A model generated the notes under the pieces. The model was not told the DNA's origin. It searched no databases and worked only from the letters and a program-made list of their open reading frames with translations. A DNA stretch of 64,000 nt from Oscillospiraceae bacterium (GTDB taxonomy: Bacteria > Bacillota > Clostridia > Oscillospirales > Oscillospiraceae): the NCBI GenBank assembly GCA_015067945.1, contig SVLM01000004.1:37814-101813 (forward strand), in the 5' to 3' direction. Shown here piece by piece: positions 18,261 to 28,300 of this stretch (the stretch's first letter is position 1; each line of letters begins with the position of its first letter). A program made the translations under genes and the position numbers.

Positions 18261-20648
18261 ATGAAACTGAACAGAAAATGGCTCCATGAGGAGTTTGTAG
18301 ACCTGTCTTCCGTCTCCGACAAGGAATATGTGGAAAAGCTCACTGTTTTCGGCCAGAAGGTAGAAACCTGGGAGCGGATGGATGCAGAAATCAAGAATGT
18401 TAAAGTCGGCAAGGTCGTTTCCATTGTCCGGCATGAAAATTCCGACCATATGTGGGTCTGTCAGGTGGATGTGGGCGAAGAAGAGCCCGTGCAGATCGTC
18501 ACCGGTGCACAGAATGTCCATGAGGGCGATCTGGTGCCTGCGGCACTGCACAACTCCTACCTGCCCGGCGGTATTCACATCACCAAAGGCAAGCTCCGTG
18601 GTGAAAAGTCCAACGGCATGCTTTGCTCCTTTGCCGAGCTGGGTCTGACCCAGAATGATCTGCCCGGTGCGTATGCCGACGGCATCTGGATCCTCAACGA
18701 CGAGGACTGCAAGCCCGGCGATGACATCAACCTGGTCATCGGCAACGACGACACTGTGGTGGACTTCGAAATCACCAACAACCGTCCCGACTGCTACTCC
18801 ATCATCGGTCTGGCAAGAGAATCCGCTGCTGCCTTTGGCAAGCAGATGAAGCACCACGAGCCTATGGTAAAGGGTTCTGACGCCGGCTCCATGTATGAGA
18901 TGCTGGATGTGGAAGTGCCTGCCACCGAGCTGTGCAACCGCTATTCTTCCCGGATGGTGGCCAATGTCAAGATCGCTCCCTCTCCCAAGTGGCTGCGGCA
19001 GCGGTTAAGAGCCAACGGCATCCGTCCCATCAACAACATCGTTGATATCACCAATTATGTGATGCTGGAGTACGGCCAGCCCATGCACGCCTTTGACTAC
19101 CGCTATGTAGGCTCCGGCAAGATCATTGTGCGGGAGGCTGAGGAGGGCGAAACCTTGACCACTCTGGACGGCAATGTCCGTCAGCTGCAGCCCGGTATGC
19201 TGGTGATCGCTGACGAAACCAAGCCCATCGGTCTGGCAGGTATTATGGGTGGCGAAAATTCCGAAATTCTGGATGACACCACCACTGTCGTCTTCGAATC
19301 CGCAAACTTCAACGGCACCTCCATCCGTCAGACTGCTTTGGCTTTGGGTATGCGTACCGAGTCCTCCGGCAAGTTTGAAAAGAACCTGGATCCTATGATG
19401 ACTGTCCCCGCTGTGCAGAGAGCCTGCGAGCTGGTGGAGCTGCTGGGTGCCGGCGATGTGATGGACGGCATTATCGACATTATCAACTATGTTCCCGAGA
19501 CCAAGACTTTGCCCCTGGAGCCTGATAAGATCAACCGCTTGCTGGGCACCGATATTTCCAAGGAGGAAATGGTCAAGTATCTGAACCTGCTGGAGATCGA
19601 GGTAGAGGGCGATACCATCAAGGTCCCCTCCTTCCGTCCCGACCTGAACCTGATGGCGGATGTGGCAGAGGAAATCGGCCGTTCCTACGGTTACAACGAG
19701 ATCCCCACCACCGCTTTCAAGACCTCCACTCAAGGTGGCTACAGCCCCTATATGCTGGCGGAAAACAAGGCAGGTACCCTGTGCCGCGGCTTGGGTTACA
19801 ACGAGATCATTACCTACTCCTTTGTTTCCCCTGCTATCTTTGATCAAATCCGCTTGGGTGCAGATAGCCCCTTGCGCAATGCGATGAAGATCCAAAACCC
19901 CTTGGGTGAGGATACCTCCATCATGCGTACCATCGCTCTGCCCTCCATGCTGGACATTTTGAGCCGGAACAACGCCTACCACAACAAGTCCGTTAAGCTC
20001 TATGAGCTGGCTAAGATCTATCTGCCCACTGCCGGTCAGGTGCTGCCGGAAGAGCCCAAGATGCTGGTTCTCGGCACATTTGGTGCAGGTGAGACCTTCT
20101 TCACGCTGAAGGGTGAGCTGGAAGCCATCTTCGCCGGTCTTCGTATGCCCAAGGCAAGCTACACCGCCGTGACCACCAACCCCTCCTACCATCCCGGTCG
20201 CTGTGCTATGGTCAGCATCAATGGTGTGGATCTTGGTTACATGGGTCAGGTGCATCCGCTGGTTGCCAAGAATTACGGTCTGGACTGCGAGGTCTACTGT
20301 GCCGAACTGAACTTCACCAAGCTCTTCGAGCTGCGGCTGCCCGATCCCACCTACACTCCCCTGCCCAAGTATCCCAGCGTCACCCGTGACTTGGCTCTTG
20401 TGTGCGATGAAGCCGTTACCGTCGCCAGCTGCGAAGATGTGATCAACACATCTGCCGGTAAGCTGCTGCGGGGCGTGAAGCTCTTCGACATCTATCGGGG
20501 CGTTGGCGTTCCCGAGGGCAAGAAGAGCCTGGCCTTCTCTCTGGAGCTCCGTGCCGATGACCGGACGCTGACCGACAGTGATTCCGAAGCCGTTGTCAGC
20601 AAGGTTCTGTCCGCCCTGGCCGAGAAGCTGGGTGCAACCCTGCGGTAA
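18261..20648 (+). CDS. pheT: Phenylalanyl-tRNA synthetase beta subunit
   Basis: 795 aa; LRGEKSNGMLCS, NRPDC, VDITNYVMLEYGQPMHAFD; C-terminal anticodon-binding domain. Confidence 0.98.
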   Translation: MKLNRKWLHEEFVDLSSVSDKEYVEKLTVFGQKVETWERMDAEIKNVKVGKVVSIVRHENSDHMWVCQVDVGEEEPVQIVTGAQNVHEGDLVPAALHNSYLPGGIHITKGKLRGEKSNGMLCSFAELGLTQNDLPGAYADGIWILNDEDCKPGDDINLVIGNDDTVVDFEITNNRPDCYSIIGLARESAAAFGKQMKHHEPMVKGSDAGSMYEMLDVEVPATELCNRYSSRMVANVKIAPSPKWLRQRLRANGIRPINNIVDITNYVMLEYGQPMHAFDYRYVGSGKIIVREAEEGETLTTLDGNVRQLQPGMLVIADETKPIGLAGIMGGENSEILDDTTTVVFESANFNGTSIRQTALALGMRTESSGKFEKNLDPMMTVPAVQRACELVELLGAGDVMDGIIDIINYVPETKTLPLEPDKINRLLGTDISKEEMVKYLNLLEIEVEGDTIKVPSFRPDLNLMADVAEEIGRSYGYNEIPTTAFKTSTQGGYSPYMLAENKAGTLCRGLGYNEIITYSFVSPAIFDQIRLGADSPLRNAMKIQNPLGEDTSIMRTIALPSMLDILSRNNAYHNKSVKLYELAKIYLPTAGQVLPEEPKMLVLGTFGAGETFFTLKGELEAIFAGLRMPKASYTAVTTNPSYHPGRCAMVSINGVDLGYMGQVHPLVAKNYGLDCEVYCAELNFTKLFELRLPDPTYTPLPKYPSVTRDLALVCDEAVTVASCEDVINTSAGKLLRGVKLFDIYRGVGVPEGKKSLAFSLELRADDRTLTDSDSEAVVSKVLSALAEKLGATLR

Positions 20649-20738
20649 ACATCTGTTTGCGAAAATTTTCGTTTTCCACTTTACAGCGGCGTTTTTTTGG
20701 GATATAATACCTGTATAAAGAATCAGGAGGTCGATACT

Positions 20739-20981
20739 ATGACGGAAAATACCATTAAATTTACCGTTCCTTGTGACGACAAAGACAATATGCGACGTAT
20801 CCTCCGCACCGTGTTCGACGCTCTGAAAGAAAAGGGCTACAACCCTGTCAACCAGATCGTCGGCTACCTGCTGACGGAAGATCCCACCTATATCACCAAC
20901 TACAACAATGCACGCAGCATGATCTGTAAACTGGATCGGGATGAACTGCTGCAGGAATTGGTACGGTGCTATCTAGCTTAA
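20739..20981 (+). CDS. IreB/ReoM-family (DUF965) regulatory phosphoprotein
   Basis: [29 protein letters not shown]; RBS AGGAGG. Confidence 0.92.
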   Translation: MTENTIKFTVPCDDKDNMRRILRTVFDALKEKGYNPVNQIVGYLLTEDPTYITNYNNARSMICKLDRDELLQELVRCYLA

Positions 20982-21260
20982 GCAGTGAGGATTCGAACCT
21001 CGACAGCCCCACTGCGGTCCTTTCGTTTGTATTTTTCTTTATCTTCCTTGTCTTGCGTCAGCAAGACTGCGTCATCTGCACAAAAATCCAAAGCGAAAAT
21101 CCTCGCAGTGGGGTGCTCTGCAGTTTTCAGACAGCAGCTTTTCGTCGAGACAAGTAAAATCACGCAGGGAATACCCGTTGGTATTTTCAAGGGATTTTCC
21201 GCAGTATTGGCGGAAAGCTGCCCCTGAAAACCTATCGGTGTTCGATTCCTCACTGCTTAA
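20978..21260. mobile_element. MITE-like non-autonomous element, about 283 bp
   Basis: Ends TTAAGCAGTGAGGATTCGAAC and GTTCGATTCCTCACTGCTTAA form an inverted repeat matching 20/21 including TTAA; internal long hairpins. Confidence 0.75.
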
Positions 21261-21272
21261 CACCATCTCCGC

Positions 21273-21310
21273 CAAGAGGCTTTTGCCACGGCAAAAGCCT
21301 CTTGTTTTTA
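21273..21310 (+). terminator. Intrinsic terminator
   Basis: CAAGAGGCTTTTGCC-ac-GGCAAAAGCCTCTTG followed by TTTTT. Confidence 0.8.
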
Positions 21311-21459
21311 AATCAAAAACTTCATACTCCCTCCGTCTTACAAAATCCAAACCCCTCCTGTAACCCGGTTGCCAAGTTCTGGTAATTGCCTCCGGAGCGT
21401 TGACACAAAGGTTACAAAATGTTACTATTTACCCAGAATCTAAACAGGAGGTAACCTAA

Positions 21460-21750
21460 ATGGCTGATGAAAATGCAGTTCTCATGTACAAGGGTCATCC
21501 GCTGATGCGGAAGGACAATCTGATCTACTACGGATCCATGGCAGATTCTCACATCGTCATGCTTCAGATCCTGGAAACCAAGAAGGTTGGCGATCTGGAT
21601 GTGGCTACGAAGGTTTCTGTCCAGCTTCAGCTCACCGACCCCGCGGCCAAGAGCCGTGACCGGGTCGTTAAGAAGGGCGAAAAAGACGGACTGTACACCG
21701 CTTTGGATTTTGGCTGTGTATGGCTCGAGCGTGCTTTGGCAGGCAAATAA
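21460..21750 (+). CDS. Hypothetical protein
   Basis: Strong RBS AGGAGGT; host-like codon usage. Confidence 0.8.
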   Translation: MADENAVLMYKGHPLMRKDNLIYYGSMADSHIVMLQILETKKVGDLDVATKVSVQLQLTDPAAKSRDRVVKKGEKDGLYTALDFGCVWLERALAGK

Positions 21751-21776
21751 TTCTCAAGTAAGACGGAGGGCATGGT

Positions 21777-22751
21777 ATGAAAATTACTACGCGAATTGCC
21801 AGCCTTGTGCTGGCATTTTTTCTTTTAATTACCGCCGTTCCCGTGGCAAATGCCGCCGGCGGCACAATCAAGACCGGCATCGCCTTTGTGGATGCCTCGG
21901 CTCTGCGGCTGAGAAGCGGCCCGTCCACTTCCTCAGCTACCCTGGATTACGCCTACAATGATGAGGTCGTGATCCTACTGGGGAAAACCGGCAGCTGGTA
22001 TAAGGTCATTTACAATCTGCAGACCGGCTATATGCACGCCGATTATCTGGATGTAACCAGCCGGGAAAATGCAGAGCTGGGTTATGGCAGGATCAACGGA
22101 TCCAATGTTAATATCCGCAGCGGCCCATCCACCGGCTATGCATCCATTGCTAAGGGCAACCTCGGCGATACCGCGTACATCATTGGTATTAACAATCAAT
22201 GGTTTAAGATCATTTACGGAGAGCAGATCGGCTACATCCGCAGCGATTATCTGGATCTGACCGAGATTCCCTATGAGAACCGGGACTCTCAGACGCAGCC
22301 GCTGTTCTTCCGGGGCGGCAAATCCACTGGCGTGACGCCCAGTGCAGCTGCGTTGAAGGGTGGCAGCACCGGCGGCGTGGTCACCACCGGCGAAGCCATC
22401 GTAAACACGGCAAGGAAATACATCGGTGTTCCCTATGTTTGGGGCGGCGGTACCCCCAAGGGTTTTGACTGCTCCGGCCTTGTGCAGTATGCCTTCAAGG
22501 CTCACGGTATCAATTTGCCCCGGACTACCAAGCAGCAGTGGACTGTAGGTAAGCAGATCTCCAAGAACGAGCTGCGGGTTGGTGACCTTGTGTTCTTTTC
22601 CAACACCTACACCACCGGCGTTTCCCATGTAGGTATTTATGTGGGCGACAATCAGTTCATCCACGCTTCTTCCAGCAAGGGTGTGATTATCTCGTCCCTG
22701 AGCAATACCTACTGGGCCGCCCATTATCACGGCTGCCGGCGAGTACTCTAA
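21777..22751 (+). CDS. SH3b-domain NlpC/P60 peptidoglycan endopeptidase
   Basis: Signal peptide; two LR/IRSGPST SH3b repeats; PYVWGG..GFDCSG, HVGIY, IHAS. Confidence 0.93.
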   Translation: MKITTRIASLVLAFFLLITAVPVANAAGGTIKTGIAFVDASALRLRSGPSTSSATLDYAYNDEVVILLGKTGSWYKVIYNLQTGYMHADYLDVTSRENAELGYGRINGSNVNIRSGPSTGYASIAKGNLGDTAYIIGINNQWFKIIYGEQIGYIRSDYLDLTEIPYENRDSQTQPLFFRGGKSTGVTPSAAALKGGSTGGVVTTGEAIVNTARKYIGVPYVWGGGTPKGFDCSGLVQYAFKAHGINLPRTTKQQWTVGKQISKNELRVGDLVFFSNTYTTGVSHVGIYVGDNQFIHASSSKGVIISSLSNTYWAAHYHGCRRVL

Positions 22752-22764
22752 TATCCCAGTTCCT

Positions 22765-22879
22765 TGTCATCCTGAGTGGAGGGCGAATGCCCGGAATCGA
22801 AGGATCCGTTCCCTTTATGTATGAAGATACGGATTCTTCGACTCCCCTTCGACTACGCTCAGGGTCGCTCAGAATGACA
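22765..22879. repeat. Palindromic REP/MITE-like element with TGTCAT ends
   Basis: TGTCATCCTGAG ... CTCAGAATGACA; a related half lies at 62679-62739. Confidence 0.65.
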
Positions 22880-22954
22880 TATCTTAATTTACTCCCTTTA
22901 GATTCAAAAACGAAAGGCTCGCCAGTACGGCGAGCCTTTTTGTTCAGATTTGGA

Positions 22955-23500
22955 TTATTGATTTCTGTATTTTCCGCATTTCTTGCACTGACCGTATTGA
23001 TTCTTATTATTTGTACCGCAGTAGCCACATTTCCACATGCCTTCCGGAGTCGGCGTGCGGTCATAGCTAGGTGTCACAATTGTTCGGCGGACATTCGGTT
23101 GGTCCTCACTGCTTTCCTCACCTGCAGCAAATCCCTTAGATGCCTCATACACTGCTACATTGGCGGCAATTGCAGTGTTGTGAACAATTAATGTAAGAGA
23201 ATCAATCAGTAGCACCAACACATTATATGCACAAAATTCAATGCACACATAAATACCCCATGTAATCAGAGATGATACTAATGTTCCAAATGCAAACCCG
23301 TCTTGAATTTTTGACATTTCCACAGTAGCACTGATAGAAGAAATCAAGCCAAATGCAATTAAAATAACCAGCAAAGTCTGTCCTATTATTCTAATAATCT
23401 CAGACCAACGTTGCAGGATGTGGACCGTTTCATTCGGCTCTGTGCAGTCGGATAAACTTTTGGGAATTCGTTCTTTCGCTCTGTCGGATAACATATTCAT
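22955..23500 (-). CDS. AT-rich membrane protein with a C-terminal RanBP2-like zinc finger
   Basis: Two TM segments; WKCGYCGTNN...CKKCG; RBS AAGGAG. Confidence 0.7.
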   Translation of the reverse strand: MNMLSDRAKERIPKSLSDCTEPNETVHILQRWSEIIRIIGQTLLVILIAFGLISSISATVEMSKIQDGFAFGTLVSSLITWGIYVCIEFCAYNVLVLLIDSLTLIVHNTAIAANVAVYEASKGFAAGEESSEDQPNVRRTIVTPSYDRTPTPEGMWKCGYCGTNNKNQYGQCKKCGKYRNQ

Positions 23501-23683
23501 AACATTATCTCTCCTTTGAATTATTCAGTTAAAGCCATGCACCCAAAAGTACATAGACTCAAAAGCTACTGCAGATTCTCAACACAAAACCATAAGAATG
23601 TGTTGTAACAATACTAACACAAAGCCATTGGGTTTGCAAGCGTTTGTATATCACGTCCACCATCTCAAACGTTTTAGCTTTGA

Positions 23684-23712
23684 GTATGGTTCCATGATAA
23701 CTGCACATACTA
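23684..23712 (+). promoter_or_regulatory. SigG-type forespore promoter
   Basis: GTATG-17-CATACTA upstream of spoVAD. Confidence 0.7.
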
Positions 23713-23742
23713 ACAAAAATCAACAAGGAAGGTGCAATTCTC

Positions 23743-24762
23743 ATGGCTTCGAACAAACGGGGTAAGCAAAGCTTTCTGCTGCCCGGCAGGCCGGTGATCA
23801 CCGCCTGGGCCAGTGTGGCGGGCAAGAAAGAATCGGAAGGACCATTGGGGTACTGCTTTGATGTGACCTCCCAGGACACCCTGTTTGGGCAAAAAACCTG
23901 GGAGCAGGCGGAAAAACAGATGCAGAAAATGGCATTGGATACGCTGATGTCCAAAGCCGGCATTACCCGGCAGGATGTGGATCTGGTGTTTTCCGGCGAC
24001 CTGCTGAATCAGTGCATCGGCTCGTCCTTTACCCTGCGGAACACGGGGATCCCTCATTTGGGGCTTTACGGAGCCTGCTCGACCATGGCGGAAAGTCTGC
24101 TGCTGAGTGCCATGGCTGTGGAGGCCGGGTGCGTTGACCGGGTAGTGGCTATGACCTCCTCCCATTTTGCAGCTTCGGAACGGCAGTACCGCTTTCCCCT
24201 GGGTTACGGCGGACAGCGGCCGCCTACGGCTCAATGGACGGTGACCGGTTCCGGTGCGGCATTGGTCTGCACAGAGGGCAACGGGCCCAGGATCGAGGCC
24301 TGCACCATTGGTACAGTCACGGATCTTGGCATCAAGGATGCCAACAACATGGGTGCCGCCATGGCTCCGGCGGCACTGAGCACTATCAAGGCACATTTGC
24401 AGGACTTAGGAAGGTCTGCAGAGGATTACGATCTGATCGTAACCGGGGATCTGGGACAACTGGGCAAGGAAATGTTACTGGAGCTTGCCCGTCAGGAGGG
24501 GCTTGCTTTGGGTGGCAGGCTCACAGATTGCGGAACAATGGTATTCGACTTAGAAAAGCAGGATGTCCACTGCGGCGGCTCCGGCTGTGGCTGCAGTGCC
24601 ATCACCCTATGCGGTGAACTGCTGGACAAGCTCAACAAAAGCAAACTGAAACGGATCTTATTCTGTGGTACCGGGGCATTGCTCTCCCCCACCTCCACCC
24701 AACAAGGTCTGCCCATTCCCGGGGTTTGCCACGGGGTTTCCATCGTCTGCGGGAGGGATTAA
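23743..24762 (+). CDS. spoVAD: Stage V sporulation protein AD
   Basis: GKKESEGPL, WEQAE, GDLLNQ, GACSTMAESL, ERQYRFPL, GGSGCGCSA. Confidence 0.96.
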   Translation: MASNKRGKQSFLLPGRPVITAWASVAGKKESEGPLGYCFDVTSQDTLFGQKTWEQAEKQMQKMALDTLMSKAGITRQDVDLVFSGDLLNQCIGSSFTLRNTGIPHLGLYGACSTMAESLLLSAMAVEAGCVDRVVAMTSSHFAASERQYRFPLGYGGQRPPTAQWTVTGSGAALVCTEGNGPRIEACTIGTVTDLGIKDANNMGAAMAPAALSTIKAHLQDLGRSAEDYDLIVTGDLGQLGKEMLLELARQEGLALGGRLTDCGTMVFDLEKQDVHCGGSGCGCSAITLCGELLDKLNKSKLKRILFCGTGALLSPTSTQQGLPIPGVCHGVSIVCGRD

Positions 24763-24764
24763 CA

Positions 24765-25121
24765 GTGGATTATTTGAAAGCATTTTTGATTGGCGGTTTC
24801 CTATGTGTGATTGGACAAATTCTGATCGACAAGACCAAACTGACACCGGCACGGATTTTGGTCAGCTATGTGGTGATCGGTGTATTTTTAGGGGCTGTGG
24901 GCGTATATGAACCCCTGGTGGAATTTGCCGGAGCAGGTGCCACCGTGCCACTGACCGGCTTTGGTTATCTGCTTTCCAAGGGTGTCCGGGAAGCTGTGGA
25001 TCAGCAAGGATTTTTGGGTGTGCTGATTGGTGGACTGAAGGCATGTGCCGGTGGCATTACCGCCGCCATCGTCAGCGGTCTGTTGGCAGCACTGATTTTC
25101 AAGGACAAGGATAAATCTTGA
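24765..25121 (+). CDS. spoVAE: Stage V sporulation protein AE(b) (GTG start)
   Basis: YLKAFLIGG..C.IGQILID.TKLTPARIL, GAGATVPLTGFG. Confidence 0.93.
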   Translation: MDYLKAFLIGGFLCVIGQILIDKTKLTPARILVSYVVIGVFLGAVGVYEPLVEFAGAGATVPLTGFGYLLSKGVREAVDQQGFLGVLIGGLKACAGGITAAIVSGLLAALIFKDKDKS

Positions 25122-25178
25122 ATTTCGGGGAAAGCTAGCTTCGCGGAATCACCGCAGAAATTAAGGAGGAACTTAGCT

Positions 25179-25286
25179 ATGAACAACCAGAACAAGAATC
25201 AGAACAACAACCAGAACCAGAACAACAACCAGAACCAGAACAACAACCAGAACCAGAGCAACAATCAGAACAAGAACAGCCGCTAA
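25179..25286 (+). CDS. 35-aa Asn/Gln-rich micropeptide MNNQNKNQNNNQNQNNNQNQNNNQNQSNNQNKNSR
   Basis: RBS TAAGGAGG; open frame with three in-frame 18-bp repeats (25203-25256); terminator follows; below the ORF-track cutoff. Confidence 0.75.
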   Translation: MNNQNKNQNNNQNQNNNQNQNNNQNQSNNQNKNSR

Positions 25287-25293
25287 CAAGATA

Positions 25294-25318
25294 AGGCACA
25301 CCCGTTTGGGTGTGCCTG
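25294..25318. terminator. Terminator hairpin between the micropeptide and addA
   Basis: AGGCACACCC-gttt-GGGTGTGCCT. Confidence 0.75.
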
Positions 25319-25325
25319 TTACTTA

Positions 25326-28300
25326 TTATGCCATAGAAACAAATTGGCCGATATGGAAGAAGTACAGCAAGGTCTGCTTAATGGGTTTTTGGTAGATCCG
25401 GCTCAGGGCATCGGCATAGGCCAGCACCTGAGGACGGTACTGCTCAGCCCGCTCCTGCAAGGTGGATTCCGTGACCTTGTCGGTTTTGAAATCCACCACG
25501 GTAATGCCGTCGTCTTCGATCAATGCACAGTCCACAACGCCCTGAAGCAGAATCTTTTCTCCCTGCAACGAGGGGCTGAAATTCTCACCGTTGTCCAAAA
25601 TCGAGAATTTGAACTCCCGCAGTACATTGGGACTCAACCGCAGCTTTTGTCCCAATTCGGTCTTAAAAAAGTCTGCGATGGCTGTCTCATCCACCAGCTG
25701 TGCCTGCTCATCGGTGATAAACCGCTGATTCACCAGGCGGCGGATTTCTTCACGAACGCCGGTTAGACTATCACAGGCGGAATAACAGATATATTGCATG
25801 ACTGCATGGATGGCATTGCCCGCATCCACACCGTCAGCCTTCATTCCGCCAAACACGCCCTTTCTCCAGCGTCTGTAAATCACTGCCGGTTCCTGGGTAT
25901 TCTCTGCAGCCTCGGCATCCTTATCCCGGCCTTTTCGCTGGGTGGCGGTCTGCTTGGACGGAGCCTGGGTTGCCGCGGTATAGGGATATCGGAACGCCAG
26001 ACCCCTTTGCACTGCGGTTAACGCTTCCTGGGGCAGAGGTTTGGGCACGGTTTCCTCGGCAATGCCGGATGCAGCTGCTTCGGAGGTATCGCCCATCACA
26101 CAGATCTTCCACGGCGGTGTGCCGGGACTTGTATTGAGCGGATATCCACCCAGCTTGAACAGCTCTCCTGCCTCCGTACGACGAAGGGCGGCCATCAAAA
26201 CCCACTGGCCCGGGCAGGATACATCCCGGGTCAAAAGCTCCCGGTCACCCATATCCATCCGCAAAGCCAGGTTTTTCAGATCATCCTCCAGCTTTTTGGA
26301 GGCGTAGGTCATGATGAGTCGGTCCTTTGCACGGGTCAGTGCCACATACAGCACCCGCATTTCCTCGGAAAGGCTGTCTGCGGTCATCTTTACAGCAATA
26401 GCCTTTTTTGCCACAGTAGGATAGCGGACACGGTTTTTCTCGTCTACGGCGGACAAACCCAATCCCAGATCCTGGTCGCAGAGCACCTGAGCCCGGAGGC
26501 TCTCCCGGTTAAATCCACGGGAAAGCGAGGACACAAATACCACTGGGAATTCCAAACCCTTGGATTTATGGATACTCATAATGGTCACGGCACCGGGTGC
26601 GGTCTGCTCGCCGGCCGCAATGAGGCCATCCTCCTCCCGGGAAGCTAGATACTCCAGGAACTGCTCCAGATCCCGTCGGCTGCCGGATTCGAAAGAAACA
26701 GCCAAATTATAGAAGGTTTGCAAATTGGCCACCTTGGCATCACCGCCGTCCATGGCAGCGTAGATACTGTCCATACGGGTCAGTGCGAAGATTTTTTGAA
26801 TCAGCACAGCCAAGGGTTCCAGCCGTGCTTCCCGCCGCAGGTAAGCAAGAGTGTCCAGGAACGCCTTCACCATCGGTTTTTCCGAAGCAACCAGTGCATC
26901 GTAGATGCTGCCGAAGGGGTGCTTGCCCCGGATTGCCGCCAGGTCATCTGCAGTAAAGCCGAACACGGGGCTTGCCAGCACAGCCACCAGTGGAATATCC
27001 TGCCGGGGGTTGCTGATGGTCTGCAGCAAGGAACGGAGCACACTGATCTCTCCGGTTTCCAGCAGATTTTCGCCGCCACCGCTGACACTGCGGATTCCGC
27101 AGCCAGCCAAGGCATCCCGATAATAGCCACCTGCAGAACCGGGTGAGCGGAGGAGTATGGCAATATCCTCCGGAACGATGGGCCGCAGTCCGTCCTTCTT
27201 CCGAACAAAATGGGTACCATCCAGCAATTGGAGGATCCTCTGTGCCACCATTTTTGCCTCTGCCTCGTATACGCCCTCTTCTGTGGACAAGGTCAGCAAT
27301 TCCACCTCCGGTTCGCCCACAGGTGCGTGGGGGATGCCTTCGTACAGAGCCTCGTCCGCTCCATAGGTAAGGCCTCCCACCTTTTCGGTCATGCAGCAGC
27401 GGAAAATATCGTTGACGCCCTCCAGCACCGCACCACCGGAACGGAAATTGCTGGACAAAACCACCTTGCGGCCCTGTCCGGGTTCAGCCAGATCCGCAGG
27501 GACATACTCCGCGTATTTTTTCAGGAAAATATTGGGGTCAGCCAGACGGAACTGGTAGATGGACTGCTTCACATCGCCTACCATAAAGCAATTACTCCGC
27601 TTGACTGTAAGTGCCTCAAAAATCTTATCCTGCACGGCATTGGAGTCCTGATACTCGTCTACCATGATCTCCCGGAAACGCTCACCAAGCTCCCTTGCCA
27701 CTGCAGTAGGACCGCTGCGGCTGCTGCCAAACAGCAGCTCCAATGTTTTATGCTCCAGATCGCCGAAATCCAGCATACGGCGGCTTCGCTTCGCCTTTTG
27801 ATACTGCTGGGAGAATCGGCGTACCAAGGAGACCATTCCTCTGGCTGCCTCCGCAGAATGTGCCATATCCGCAAAGATCTGGCTGCTTTTGTCAGCAAAG
27901 CTCGTCAGCTTTTTCGCAAGTCCCTTCTTGCAGCCGTTGCGTACAGCCTTGATCCGCTCCACCAGATCCAGATCCGTCACCGCCTTGCCAAAACGCAGTG
28001 TACCATACTCGATCTGCTTAGCATCAACAATCTGATCCCATGTGGTGCACTGATACAGCTGCTGCAGCTGCTGTATCTCGCTGTGCAGCAGCAGGGCAGG
28101 CTTTTCCATACCCTCTGCTTGATCTGCCGCCCGGGCACAGATTTCCATGGCCTGAATCTGCAGGGATAAGTAGCTTTTCAAATCCTCTATCAGGTAGGCA
28201 CCCCAAAGGGTTTGCGAAGCATCGGTCAAGCCGGTGATCTGCACATTGCGGACACACTCGTCCAGCCACCCCTCCGGATCCAGATGACATTGAGCACTGT

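Noticed and set aside
17189-20255. Long antisense ORFs (411 and 416 aa; similar ones opposite glnA, addAB and thrS)
   Set aside because: Shadow frames of genes with strong codon bias; no RBS or recognisable motifs
20978-21363. Several 60-92 aa ORFs
   Set aside because: They lie in or overlap the palindromic MITE and terminator and have no convincing RBS
21410-21427. WalR-like TGTAAC repeat before the NlpC/P60 operon
   Set aside because: Spacing is 10 rather than 11 bp and the match is partial, so it is too weak to call
25203-25256. 18-bp tandem repeat as a CRISPR array or non-coding VNTR
   Set aside because: No spacers or cas genes; the repeats are in frame within an RBS-led ORF
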